Notes: a model not told the origin generated them from the letters alone. 61,311 nucleotides of DNA, filler included, from 5 parts of 5 records of this genome joined end to end with filler, not necessarily neighbours in it, one strand, 5' to 3'. Counted from the first letter of the whole stretch, positions 28,315 to 38,697 are shown. Program-made: numbers and translations.

Positions 28315-28476
28315 CTAACGTTTGTGCATTCCCTCGTCAGAAACTGTAAGTTTTTTTCTTCCTTTACGGCGACGAGCAGCTAATACTCGACGACCATTCT
28401 TAGTTGCCATACGACTTCTGAAACCGTGCTTGTTTCTTCTTTTTCTAACGGATGGTTGAAACGTTCTTTTGCTCAT
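28315..28476 (-). CDS. rpmH: 50S ribosomal protein L34
   Basis: Hand translation [53 protein letters not shown] (53 aa, shorter than any ORF in the track). Confidence 0.97.
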   Translation of the reverse strand: MSKRTFQPSVRKRRNKHGFRSRMATKNGRRVLAARRRKGRKKLTVSDEGMHKR

Positions 28477-28514
28477 GATCTATATTCTTTATACTTGTGT
28501 CAAAAATTGGAATG

Positions 28515-28601
28515 CAAAGATATGTATTTTTTCCATTACGCAAAACCTTTCTGCAAAAAAGTACAAAATTTCAGTTAATCCGATTGTGAGCGTTATTTTT
28601 G
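28515..28601. promoter_or_regulatory. Divergent Bacteroidota promoters for rpmH and the ABC exporter
   Basis: Minus strand TTTG-N18-TATCTTTG (28544-28515); plus strand TATTTTTG (28594-28601). Confidence 0.6.
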
Positions 28602-28622
28602 TACTCAATATAATAACCGAAA

Positions 28623-30455
28623 ATGGCAAGAAAACAACGAGGCGAACGTCAAAAACTGAGTAAAGATAGTATTAAGAAAGCAAAACAAATTTTCAGTTAC
28701 TTACGTCCGTACAGAGGTCTTTTCGCAATCGGATGGGTGTGTTTAGGGATTTCCAGCTTGATTGGACTAGGTTTTCCACTTCTAATGGGACAATTATTAG
28801 GCGGAGGTTCGCAAGGAGTTTCTCCTGTTTCAAACATGTTCTCAAAATTTGCAATTGAAACATCGAATATCAATTCAATCGCACTAGGATTACTCGGTTT
28901 GTTTATTATTCAAGCCATTTTTTCCTTTTTAAGGGTTGTAATTTTTACAAATGTTACTGAAAATGCCTTGCGCGACATCAGAAAAGATGCTTTTGGTAGA
29001 TTGATCTACATGCCAATGGACTTTTTCAACCGAAATAAAGTAGGTGAATTAACAAGTCGAATGTCATCAGATATAACACAGATTCAGGAAACCCTTAGAA
29101 CAACGATTGCCGAGTTTTTCAGACAAGTTGTGATCATTGTTGGGAGTATTTGTTTCTTATTCGTGATTTCATGGAAACTCTCACTCATCATGCTCGCTAC
29201 CGTTCCCGTTATGGCAATTGTAGCAGTGTTCTTTGGAAGATTTATTAAAAAACTATCGAAGAAAGCGCAAGATGAGGCCGCGATTTCGAATACCATAATT
29301 GAGGAAGCTCTCATGGGAATCAGCAATGTGAAATCCTTTACCAACGAGCTTTTTGTCCTTAAGAACTATACTAAAGTTGTTGACTCTATTCGCGATTTAA
29401 ACGTAAAAAGCGGACTTTGGAGAGGCGTTTTTGTTTCGTTCATTATCCTTTGTATGTTCGGCGCAATTGTATTTATCGTTTGGAAAGGAATGTTGATGAC
29501 TCAAGGTGCAGATGCGACATTGTCACGCGACATGTTCTTCTCCTTCGTAATGTTGACAGTGATGATGGGAGCATCTGTAGGTTCCCTGCCAGACATGTAT
29601 TCGAACATTCAAAAAGCGATTGGAGCCACAGAAAACTTAATGCAAATCATCCATGAAGATGGCGAAAGAGAATTGCACAAAGGAGTTGAAAAGCCAGAAA
29701 TTACAGGTCGAATTGAATTTAAGGAAGTCGCGTTTTCTTATCCTCAACGAGCGGATATTGAAGTTCTAAGGAACATCAACTTCTCAATTGAACAGAATCA
29801 AACTATTGCATTGGTTGGATCATCGGGAGCAGGAAAATCGACAATAGCGTCTCTTTTGCTCAAATACTACTCTATTTCGAACGGAGCGATCAGTTTTGAT
29901 GGAATAGAGTCAACGAACATCGATACTCCGTATCTGCGCTCTAAAATGGCAATTGTACCTCAGGAAGTCATCCTTTTTGGTGGAACAATCAGAGATAATA
30001 TCGCATTTGGTGACACTACTGCATCTGACGAGCAAATTATTGACGCTGCCAAACAAGCGAACGCATGGGAGTTTATTTCATCATTTCCCGACCAACTCGA
30101 TACCGAAGTTGGAGATAGAGGAATTCAATTATCAGGAGGACAAAAACAACGGGTTGCAATTGCACGAGCAATCTTGAAGAATCCAACCATTCTACTGCTC
30201 GACGAAGCAACATCGGCTTTGGATTCTGAGTCAGAAAAATTGGTTCAAGAAGCATTAAATCGTTTGATGAAAGGCAGAACGTCTATTGTTATCGCGCATC
30301 GATTATCTACTATCAGATCAGCTGATTGCATTCACGTAATTGATCAAGGGAAAATTGTTGAATCAGGAACGCACGATGAATTACTGATGACCAATGGAAT
30401 CTATTCTAATTTGGTGAATATTGGTGGTGAAGCGGGAAATTCCGTTCTCAACTAG
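28623..30455 (+). CDS. ABC exporter, fused permease/ATPase (MsbA-like)
   Basis: Six-TM domain; Walker A GSSGAGKST; LSGGQKQR; LLLDEATSALD; IAHRL. Confidence 0.95.
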   Translation: MARKQRGERQKLSKDSIKKAKQIFSYLRPYRGLFAIGWVCLGISSLIGLGFPLLMGQLLGGGSQGVSPVSNMFSKFAIETSNINSIALGLLGLFIIQAIFSFLRVVIFTNVTENALRDIRKDAFGRLIYMPMDFFNRNKVGELTSRMSSDITQIQETLRTTIAEFFRQVVIIVGSICFLFVISWKLSLIMLATVPVMAIVAVFFGRFIKKLSKKAQDEAAISNTIIEEALMGISNVKSFTNELFVLKNYTKVVDSIRDLNVKSGLWRGVFVSFIILCMFGAIVFIVWKGMLMTQGADATLSRDMFFSFVMLTVMMGASVGSLPDMYSNIQKAIGATENLMQIIHEDGERELHKGVEKPEITGRIEFKEVAFSYPQRADIEVLRNINFSIEQNQTIALVGSSGAGKSTIASLLLKYYSISNGAISFDGIESTNIDTPYLRSKMAIVPQEVILFGGTIRDNIAFGDTTASDEQIIDAAKQANAWEFISSFPDQLDTEVGDRGIQLSGGQKQRVAIARAILKNPTILLLDEATSALDSESEKLVQEALNRLMKGRTSIVIAHRLSTIRSADCIHVIDQGKIVESGTHDELLMTNGIYSNLVNIGGEAGNSVLN

Positions 30456-30459
30456 GAAG

Positions 30460-31596
30460 CTAAATCACACTGTATCGGATTCGAAATATTATGGAATTGG
30501 ATTCTTTGATGAGTTCATGACTTCCATCCAATTGTTCTAATAGTAGCGAGATAATTTCTACACTTGACTCTTCCATTCGGACTTCTTTGATCTCTAGATC
30601 ATTCTCACATTTCAGAACCAAGGCAATTTCTCCTTCAGTGCTTGTATTGCTTATTATGCTGAATTCTGCGAGTGAGTTTTTTGCTTTCGATTGAATGTTG
30701 TTATAGAACTCAATTACTTGGGAAGAAATCAATCCCAAAGGAATTCCCGTTTCAAGGTTCAAAAACAGGTCATTTTTATTGTTATTCGATTTTAAAATCC
30801 TTTCCAATGGATTTCCACTGAGCATTACTTCATTCATGAATCTCGAGAAGTTAATCAGCGTCCCATTACCAGTAACCACAATTTGATTATGAATTGCCGA
30901 AAGGTACCAGACATCCGTTCGTAATTCGTCCATAACAGAACTCGTTTTATTGGCGCTAAATTCTGTATTTCGAATACTCGCTATGCTTGATACAATTTGT
31001 AAGTTGTTCTTAATTCTGTGATGAATTTCTCGAAGAATAATCTTTTCTTTTCTACTTACAACTTTTCGATAGTAAAAAATGATAGCCATCGTGATACTTA
31101 CGGCACTAAAAAAGCAGGTGTAAAAGGAATACTTCGTTATCTCGCTGTTTATATAGTAAATCCCCTCAGGACTTAAGAGAACTTCACTCAAAAGAACATA
31201 TAAAATCGAGACACCTATACAGCCAATAATCGCCGCCCAATCTGAAATCTTTGAGTGTAAAATAATCACTGGTGGAATTGCCCAGAGAAACAACGGAAAT
31301 CCAGCATCAGACCCAATATAATATGTTGCTAAAAAAGCGTGTAGAATGACTTCTAAAGATCCTAAAATAAAATATAAATTGGAGTAGGTATGATTCAAAC
31401 GCAATACTAAAAACCCAGAGGAAAAAAGAACCACGCTAAAAATATTGTAAAAACCCATTTCGGGAACACCCAGCCAGAAGAAGTAACCGATTAATCCAGC
31501 ATGGAAAATTGTACCGGCTAAGAGAGTAATAAACATTACCTCCAAAAAATAAATATCCCTCTGACCGCTTATAATCCTATGTTCTTGCCTATTCAT
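30460..31596 (-). CDS. Membrane sensor with HisKA_2/HWE H-box and a degenerate ATPase domain
   Basis: About 6 TM segments; REIHHRIKNNLQIVSS; N and G boxes not recognisable. Confidence 0.75.
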   Translation of the reverse strand: MNRQEHRIISGQRDIYFLEVMFITLLAGTIFHAGLIGYFFWLGVPEMGFYNIFSVVLFSSGFLVLRLNHTYSNLYFILGSLEVILHAFLATYYIGSDAGFPLFLWAIPPVIILHSKISDWAAIIGCIGVSILYVLLSEVLLSPEGIYYINSEITKYSFYTCFFSAVSITMAIIFYYRKVVSRKEKIILREIHHRIKNNLQIVSSIASIRNTEFSANKTSSVMDELRTDVWYLSAIHNQIVVTGNGTLINFSRFMNEVMLSGNPLERILKSNNNKNDLFLNLETGIPLGLISSQVIEFYNNIQSKAKNSLAEFSIISNTSTEGEIALVLKCENDLEIKEVRMEESSVEIISLLLEQLDGSHELIKESNSIIFRIRYSVI

Positions 31597-31726
31597 CCTT
31601 ACGCTATAATCCTATTAGCCTTTACAAATTAGCAAAGAACAGTGCATAAACCTTACCAAAAAGGATAAATCGCACAAGAAATCGTCCAATAGTAGAATCT
31701 TTTAGACGAGGGCAGTAAACCTCCTG

Positions 31727-33337
31727 TTAAGGTGCGACAATACTCATCATTTCTGCCGCTGCTATAGCCCCATAGGTACCTAATGCATAGCCTAGAACGG
31801 CTAATAGCGCACCAACAGAGGCCAATGACGGATGAAACGCCGCAGCTACAATTGGCGCAGATGCAGCACCTCCAACATTCGCTTTTGATCCAACAGCCAC
31901 AAAGAAAAACGGTGCTTTAATAATTTTAGCGACGACAAATAGGATAATTACATGCACCAACATCCAAATTATTCCAACTAAGATTAATTGGGGTTCCTTT
32001 ACTGCTTCTGCAAGTTCCATTTTCATTCCAATGGTCGCTACGAGGATATAAATGAACACACTTCCGATTTTTGAAGCTCCTGCTCCTTCGTACTTTCTCA
32101 GCTTGGTGATGGACAGCAATAAGCCTCCCGTAGTAGCAATTACTACCAACCAGAAGAATGAACTTCCGAAAGGAGATTCTTCATCAAACAGAGAAGCCAA
32201 TTTCTCGCCACCAAAATGCCCTAGAGCGACGATGCTGAATGTTATCCCTAAAATCACCATATAGTCGGTTAGTGTGGCTACTTTCGCGTTAGACGCTTGA
32301 TAATCGCCTACCCGCTTCTTTAAATCTTCAATAGAACTTGTATCTGCTTTGAGCCATTTATCAAATTTTTCCGCACGCGCAGCGCCCCATAACAAAAAGG
32401 CCATCCACAAGTTTGCAACAACTATATCAACAGTCACCATTTTACCGTACAAATCAGGATTGTATTTATATGTTTCGAGCATCGCTGCTTGATTCGCTCC
32501 ACCACCAATCCAGCTTCCTGCTAGTGTAGAGAAACCTCTCCAAGCCGCATCATTCCCTATTCCTCCAACAACAGATGGGTCGATCCAGGAATACACGAGG
32601 ATTGCAATGGGGCCACCAATAATTATCCCAAAAGTTGCCGTTAAAAACATGATCAATGCTTTTGGTCCTAGATTTATGATTCCTTTGAAGTCAATTCCGA
32701 GCGTCATTAAAATCAATGCTCCTGGAAGTAAATAATCTTTTGCCATTCCATAGAGGCTTGAGTAGTCTTTGGAAATCAAACCAAAAAGATCAAGGATTGC
32801 TGGAATCAAATAGCAGAGCAACAGCGACGGCACAATCACATAAAACGTTCTCCAAAACTTGGTTTGCTTGTGCGAAGTATAGAAGATAAGTGCGAGAATC
32901 AACGCTAACAACCCAAAAACAATGGTATCCGAAGTAAACGTAGGTTTGTTTCTTCTCTCCACACTTAACTCGAGGGCTTTACTGTCAGAGGAAATAAACG
33001 AAAGCGTATCATTCCCTTGAAACATTTCTACTTTAATACTTTTCGATTCATCTAAATCACGCAATATAAATGGAGAGAGAATCCACGACGAAAAACGTAT
33101 TTTTCCTACCGAAACAATGACAGAATCCACTTCAGATTTTGGAAGATCCATGGTACTCAAATCGAATAGAATAGTACTTTTCTTTTCGATCACTAATTTG
33201 TCTTGCGAGCTTAGATTCACATACTCTACTTCGCCTGGAACAATCTTGTTGAGTGCGGCACTATCGAGAAATTCAACTCGCTGCGCAAAAGAAGAAAAAG
33301 AGATCGTTAAAATAAAAAGGAATAATACATTTTTCAT
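31727..33337 (-). CDS. DUF819 family membrane protein with soluble N-terminal extension
   Basis: GSWIGGGANQ and GSKANVGGAASAPIVAAAFHPSLA motifs. Confidence 0.85.
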   Translation of the reverse strand: MKNVLFLFILTISFSSFAQRVEFLDSAALNKIVPGEVEYVNLSSQDKLVIEKKSTILFDLSTMDLPKSEVDSVIVSVGKIRFSSWILSPFILRDLDESKSIKVEMFQGNDTLSFISSDSKALELSVERRNKPTFTSDTIVFGLLALILALIFYTSHKQTKFWRTFYVIVPSLLLCYLIPAILDLFGLISKDYSSLYGMAKDYLLPGALILMTLGIDFKGIINLGPKALIMFLTATFGIIIGGPIAILVYSWIDPSVVGGIGNDAAWRGFSTLAGSWIGGGANQAAMLETYKYNPDLYGKMVTVDIVVANLWMAFLLWGAARAEKFDKWLKADTSSIEDLKKRVGDYQASNAKVATLTDYMVILGITFSIVALGHFGGEKLASLFDEESPFGSSFFWLVVIATTGGLLLSITKLRKYEGAGASKIGSVFIYILVATIGMKMELAEAVKEPQLILVGIIWMLVHVIILFVVAKIIKAPFFFVAVGSKANVGGAASAPIVAAAFHPSLASVGALLAVLGYALGTYGAIAAAEMMSIVAP

Positions 33338-33400
33338 ATCGACAGATTTAAAGCAAAAAAACAGCCCCGAAGCGCTGTTTTTAAAATGGTTAAAACGGAA

Positions 33401-33965
33401 TTATCTAACTCCGTGCATGAGTTTTTTAATAACTGGTGTCAGTAAAACTGAGATTACCGCCAATCCAACAGAAAGCGCCGTTAAAATCCAAAAGAAATAG
33501 CTAATTCCATCTTCCTCTGCAATTTTTTCCGATGACTCTCCAAATATACCGGCAACCTTCATTCCGATTGCTACGGCCAAATACCAAATACCGAACATCA
33601 TGGCAATCATTTTACCCGGTACTAATTTACTTACATAGGATAATCCAACTGGAGATATACAAAGCTCACCCATTGTATGGAATAAGTATACCAGTACTAA
33701 CCAAACCATACTTACTGATGCCGTTTCAGCACCAGCTTCAATTCCACCAGCTCCGAAAGCAACACAAGCCATACCAATTCCAAGTAACAACATCCCTATT
33801 CCATACTTCATATTAGCAGAAGGGTTGAATTTACTCTCCCACCATTTAGAAAAAATTGGTGCGAATGCGATAATGAATAAAGAGTTGAGAACACCAAACC
33901 ATGATGCAGGAACTTCGGCAGTATCTTTTTGGAATTCAACAGCAAGCATCCAGATAGCTATAGCC
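33401..33965 (-). CDS. POT/PTR family peptide MFS transporter, 5'-truncated
   Basis: EVPASWFGVLNSLFII and HTMGELCISPVGLSYVSKL motifs; frame runs into the spacer. Confidence 0.9.
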
Positions 33966-34065
33966 NNNNNNNNNNNNNNNNNNNNNNNNNNNNNNNNNNN
34001 NNNNNNNNNTTAATTAATTAANNNNNNNNNNNNNNNNNNNNNNNNNNNNNNNNNNNNNNNNNNNN
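33966..34065. other. Artificial contig spacer
   Basis: N44-TTAATTAATTAA-N44. Confidence 0.98.
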
Positions 34066-34393
34066 GGTAAGCGCCAACAACATCGTGATCGCACCTATCA
34101 CCGCTGGCAACACTACTGGCGCGAAGTCAAGCACAGGCGGCGTTAGCGTGAATTGTACCAATGCAACAACTTACACGCTGGGTGTTCCCGCATCTGTAAC
34201 GTTGGGTTTGGCTGGTGGCGGTTTTGATATTTCTTCAGGTCTTTCAATTGCTTCAGCTGCAGGCACTGGTGCTGGTTTCGGTGCTGGCACTGCTCAGTCA
34301 CATACAGTGACTGCGACAATTCAGGAAGCCGCTTATGAAAATGCACGTGCCGGCAACTACACGGGCACGACAACAGTAACATTGACTTATTAA
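34066..34393 (+). CDS. Csu/spore-coat-U-type pilin subunit, 5'-truncated
   Basis: VSVNCTN..Y; C-terminal AGNYTGTTTVTLTY; lies upstream of chaperone and usher. Confidence 0.75.
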
Positions 34394-34426
34394 TTCATTC
34401 TGGCACATTGTGATAATGCTTAGCAT

Positions 34427-34451
34427 AGCCCCGGCCAAGCGCCGGGGTTTT
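34427..34451 (+). terminator. Hairpin/terminator between major pilin and chaperone
   Basis: AGCCCCGGC-CAAGC-GCCGGGGTT followed by TT. Confidence 0.7.
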
Positions 34452-34480
34452 GCTTTTTAATTACTCTCTACTGCTGGCCT

Positions 34481-35209
34481 ATGAATTTCTGGACAAAAAT
34501 CTCCGCATTTTTTTTGCTTTCGATTGCGAATCTCGGCGCGAATGCCGGCAATTTCACTGTTTCTTCAGTGAACATTTCCATGCCTTCGCGCCAGCCAACT
34601 TATGCGATCACGATCACCAACGAATCTGCAGATGAACCTTTGTTCATGCAAATGGATGCGCTTTTGTGGTCGCAGAAAAATGGTCAAGAGGTTTATGAAG
34701 CCACCAAGGATATTTTGATCAGCCCCAGGGTGTTCAACATAGAGCCGGCGTCTTCACAGATTGTTCGAATTGCACTTCGAAGCCGGCAAGATTTTCCAGT
34801 TGAACAAACTTACCGTTTGTTTGTAAAAGAAATTCCTTCTGAAAAGCCACTCGAAGAGGGTGGTGTGCGCGTCGCTTTGCAAATGAACATTCCCGTGCAC
34901 ATTGTGCCGTCGAAAGTGGAAAGAAAACCCCTCGAATTCAAATACATCAAACAACAAGATGGCAGCTTGGCACTAAGCGTACACAACCCTGGCAATGTGT
35001 ACGTGAAAGCTGTTGAAGTCAAAGTGATTGACACGGCCACCGGGTTGGCGCTGGAATCGGCGCCGCCCTTGATTCAGGTGTTGTCCGGGTCTACCAAGGT
35101 TTATCCTCTGGCACCTGCAGATGCGGAAAAGTTGCCGGGGACAACCTTGAAAATTCAAGCGATAGGTGAAGGGCTATTGATTGACCAAACCGTGTCCTTC
35201 GAAAATTGA
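34481..35209 (+). CDS. Pilus assembly chaperone (PapD/CsuC-like)
   Basis: Signal peptide; ISPRVFNIEPASSQIVR; EQTYRLFVKEIP; HNPGN. Confidence 0.9.
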   Translation: MNFWTKISAFFLLSIANLGANAGNFTVSSVNISMPSRQPTYAITITNESADEPLFMQMDALLWSQKNGQEVYEATKDILISPRVFNIEPASSQIVRIALRSRQDFPVEQTYRLFVKEIPSEKPLEEGGVRVALQMNIPVHIVPSKVERKPLEFKYIKQQDGSLALSVHNPGNVYVKAVEVKVIDTATGLALESAPPLIQVLSGSTKVYPLAPADAEKLPGTTLKIQAIGEGLLIDQTVSFEN

Positions 35210-35226
35210 TTTGGCAGTGTTAATTA

Positions 35227-37539
35227 ATGCAGTATCTCCTGCTCATGTTTTTGGCAATGTTTTTGTCATCCAATCTGGTGATGGGGCAGGAAAGCCTGGT
35301 GGACACTTCAGCGTTTCAGGAACTGGTCGTGCAGGTGCGAATCAACGGCACCGACCTGCCTGATTCTGCTGTTGTTCTGTTCGGTGTAAGCAATGACTTG
35401 TACGCGCAAGAACAGGAACTTTCGGCGTGGCGAATCGATTCCAATGGCTTGCCCACATTACAGTACAACGGTGCGGTCTATTACAAAATACCTATCGCGG
35501 AAGGTACAACCTATGCGCTGGATCAGAAGAATCTGTTTCTTCAGTTCAATGCCGCTGCGGAGAAGTTCATTGCGCGCTCGATGAGCTATCAATCTGCCCG
35601 CAACGAAGGCATTTTAACGTCGGGTTTTGGGGCTTTTTTCAACTACGATTTGTCCAGCACTTCGATCGACAGCCAGAACTTCACCTCTGCTTTTCTGGAG
35701 CCAGCCGTGTTCACATCTTACGGTGTGGGTTCAAGTAATTTCTTTGTGTCGCAATCACCCACTGAATCTGGCGCAGTGCGATTGAATTCGACCTGGGAAA
35801 TGGATTTGCCCAATTCCGTTGCTTCTCTTCGCTTGGGCGACTCCATTTCCAAGGCTGCGCCCTGGAGCATTAGCAACAGAATTGGCGGTGTTCAATATGC
35901 GACCAATTTTCGCACCCAGCCCTATTTAACCTCTAGCCCTTTGCGGGCGGCCACTGGCATTGCAACTGCACCGTCAACGGTTGAGGTGTTTGTGAACAAC
36001 GTGCTTCAATCCCGTCGCCAGGTGGCGCCTGGGCCATTCAACATCGACAACATTCCCTCAAGCACTGGCGTGGGCGATGTACGCGTGGTAATTCGCGATG
36101 CATCTGGTCGCGAACAGATTCTTACGCAATCTTTTTATCAAAGCCCGGGTTTGTTGCGCGACGGCCAACATGATTTCTCGTACGAATTGGGGCAGGTTCG
36201 GCGTAATTTCGGTCGTGAAAGCAGCGACTATGGCGATTCACTGCTCAGTGCAACGCACCGGTATGGATTCAGCGACAATTTCACTGCAGGCTTTCATGCG
36301 GAATCCAGCGAAAGCAGCCGCTTGGCTGGTGCTGGTGTTGTACTGACATTGGGTGGGTTTGGCGCGGTGAACTTTGATCTGGCCGGCAGCCAAACCGATG
36401 AAGGCTCTGGTAGTTTGACCGTGGTCGGATTTGAAAGGCAAGCACGGTCATCAGCCATTGGGCTGCAGTACCAGCAATCCTCGGATGGTTTTCGCATTAT
36501 TTCTGAATTCGGCCCCCAGCGCACGACCACAAACGCTTTGAACTCGCGTTTTTCGTATGGGTTTGGCGAATATGGTGCTGTGTCTGTTAACTATTCATCG
36601 TCTGAATTTGCAGGAATTCCGAACGAAACTTTTTCCACCGCTTATTTTTTGCAGTTGTTCGGAAAGCTTTCGGTTGGCTTGTCTTATACCCAATCATTGC
36701 TGGCCGATGGGCAAAGATCTTTCTTTCTCAGTGCCTTTTTGCCATTGGACCAAACCCGGTCTACTGCATTCCAGATAAGTCGTTCTGGCAAAGGCGATCC
36801 ATTTGCGAGTGCGCAATTCAGGAAAAGTGTTCCTGTCGGGCTTGGCACTGGTTACGGGTTGGAAGCGGGTTTGAACAACACCTACCGTGCAGAAGTTGCC
36901 AGAAATTTCGCTTATTCCACTGTGACTGCTTCAGCCAGTTCACAGCAAGGTGAAACCAGCCAAAGTGTTGGGGCCTCGGGCAGTGCGGTGTTCATGGACG
37001 GAGGCGTATTTTTCTCAAGACGTTTGAACGACAGCTTTGGCGTGGTCCGTGTAAAAGGTTTTGAAGGCGTGACAGTGTTTGCTGAGAACCAGCAGGTGGG
37101 AAAAACCAATTCCAACGGATCTTTGGTGGTGCCGAATTTAAGATCTTATGAAGACAACCGCATTTCAATTGAACAGGCTGATCTTCCATTTGAAGTCGAA
37201 ATTGGTGCAACCGAACTGGTGGGTGTTCCTTACTATCGAAGTGGCGTGGTGCTTGATTTTCCGGTGCGCATTGTGCGGTCTGTAACCTTGATTTTAAGAG
37301 ATGCTGAAGGGAATTACGTGCCTTCAGGCTCAGTACTTTTCATGGCTGACGGCGCACGCATGAACCTGGTTGTGGGCACTGAAGGTCTTGTTTACCTGGC
37401 AGACGCACCCAACTCAGCTGCGTATACCGCGCGATGGAAAGGCGGGCAATGCAAATTTGAATTTGATTTGAACAAGAGCGTGCTTGAAAGCGGCTCACCA
37501 ATAGACTTGGGAACATTGAAATGCTTAACCGTTCATTGA
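35227..37539 (+). CDS. Fimbrial outer-membrane usher (CsuD-like)
   Basis: AFFNYD, LRLGD, IGGVQYATNF, PSTVEVFVN, VRVVIRDASGRE; C-terminal Cys pair; 770 aa. Confidence 0.92.
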   Translation: MQYLLLMFLAMFLSSNLVMGQESLVDTSAFQELVVQVRINGTDLPDSAVVLFGVSNDLYAQEQELSAWRIDSNGLPTLQYNGAVYYKIPIAEGTTYALDQKNLFLQFNAAAEKFIARSMSYQSARNEGILTSGFGAFFNYDLSSTSIDSQNFTSAFLEPAVFTSYGVGSSNFFVSQSPTESGAVRLNSTWEMDLPNSVASLRLGDSISKAAPWSISNRIGGVQYATNFRTQPYLTSSPLRAATGIATAPSTVEVFVNNVLQSRRQVAPGPFNIDNIPSSTGVGDVRVVIRDASGREQILTQSFYQSPGLLRDGQHDFSYELGQVRRNFGRESSDYGDSLLSATHRYGFSDNFTAGFHAESSESSRLAGAGVVLTLGGFGAVNFDLAGSQTDEGSGSLTVVGFERQARSSAIGLQYQQSSDGFRIISEFGPQRTTTNALNSRFSYGFGEYGAVSVNYSSSEFAGIPNETFSTAYFLQLFGKLSVGLSYTQSLLADGQRSFFLSAFLPLDQTRSTAFQISRSGKGDPFASAQFRKSVPVGLGTGYGLEAGLNNTYRAEVARNFAYSTVTASASSQQGETSQSVGASGSAVFMDGGVFFSRRLNDSFGVVRVKGFEGVTVFAENQQVGKTNSNGSLVVPNLRSYEDNRISIEQADLPFEVEIGATELVGVPYYRSGVVLDFPVRIVRSVTLILRDAEGNYVPSGSVLFMADGARMNLVVGTEGLVYLADAPNSAAYTARWKGGQCKFEFDLNKSVLESGSPIDLGTLKCLTVH

Positions 37540-38054
37540 ACAGCTTGATTTATGCATTGCTGCTATTCGCGGGCCTTGCCTATGTTGCCAGCACAGCCCA
37601 TGCGGGTGAAGTGGCTTCGTGCTCCGTCGGAGGCGGTACTTTGGCATTTGGGAATTATCAGCCTTCCACAGGCAACAGAACCACTGCAGGCAGTGTGCAG
37701 TTAAGTTGCACCTGCAGGGGCAACAACGAAACCCTGTTGACTGGCAGTACCTTTATTGCCTTGGGCGATGCGCCCAGCAATGCTGCGCGCACCATGCAGA
37801 TCACGGCAAGCACATTGACCTACGGTGTTTATTCCGATGCAAATTCCACCAACGTGTATCCAAGTGTTGCAGGTTCCGAGATGTTCTCTTTTTCAGGTTC
37901 TTGCCCGCCTGGGCAGGGTAATTCCAGCAAGCCTTTGGCGTTCGCAGTTCCGCCCACTTTTACAGTTTACGGTCGTATTCTGGACGTTGGTTCCAATTTG
38001 AATGCTCGCGCTGGTTTGTACAGTGGCGCGTTGACCTTGACGATCAACTATTGA
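37521..38054 (+). CDS. Spore coat protein U domain (Csu-type) pilin
   Basis: Signal peptide; SCSV...LAFGNY; LTYGVYSD; TVYGRI; AGLYSGALTLTINY. Confidence 0.85.
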   Translation: MLNRSLNSLIYALLLFAGLAYVASTAHAGEVASCSVGGGTLAFGNYQPSTGNRTTAGSVQLSCTCRGNNETLLTGSTFIALGDAPSNAARTMQITASTLTYGVYSDANSTNVYPSVAGSEMFSFSGSCPPGQGNSSKPLAFAVPPTFTVYGRILDVGSNLNARAGLYSGALTLTINY

Positions 38055-38073
38055 CCTGGCTGTGGAGAATCAA

Positions 38074-38697
38074 ATGAAAGTAGTGGGCAAACTATCGGCT
38101 GTAATGACAATGTTGTTCTCGGTGGCCAGTATGAATGTGGGTGCAGCGACCACCGCCGCGAATCCTGGAGTGTCAGTCGAAGTAAGCGCAACCACCACGA
38201 CCTCGGCGGTCACGCAGCCCACCATTGTGACAATCGTTAAATCTTCGACTGCAGTTGGCGGTGCGAATATCGGCACGGGCAGCACCAGTGGGCTATCGAT
38301 CAACTACACATCCACCATCGTTGGGGGTTGCAGAGGCGCGACCTCGGAAGGTTGTTTTTCCATTCGAACCAACACAACGCCTGTCGTTTCAGTGCCTTTG
38401 AATTTCGTGAACAATCGACTGAGCATGTTGAAGGACAACAAGGTCTATTATCTGGACGATCAAATCACTGGTATTTCAGTCAGTTTGTTTCAAGACAGCA
38501 CTCAAATGGGAAAATCAATCACTTTGTCACCTGGCGCCGCAGGCGTCATTACCTTCAATATGGACAATGTGGATCAGTTGCTGACGCGTGAATTTAGAAT
38601 TGTGTACAAGCTTGATTTGAAAACCGAACCGGTAGATGGCAGGTACACGGGGACATGGCCTATCGTTCTTGGCACCATCAGCTTGATTAATCCTTAA
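38074..38697 (+). CDS. Secreted beta-rich hypothetical protein, possible minor pilin/adhesin
   Basis: Signal peptide; Cys pair CRGATSEGC; pilin-like C-terminal GRYTGTWPIVLG; start at GTG 38062 or ATG 38074. Confidence 0.6.
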   Translation: MKVVGKLSAVMTMLFSVASMNVGAATTAANPGVSVEVSATTTTSAVTQPTIVTIVKSSTAVGGANIGTGSTSGLSINYTSTIVGGCRGATSEGCFSIRTNTTPVVSVPLNFVNNRLSMLKDNKVYYLDDQITGISVSLFQDSTQMGKSITLSPGAAGVITFNMDNVDQLLTREFRIVYKLDLKTEPVDGRYTGTWPIVLGTISLINP

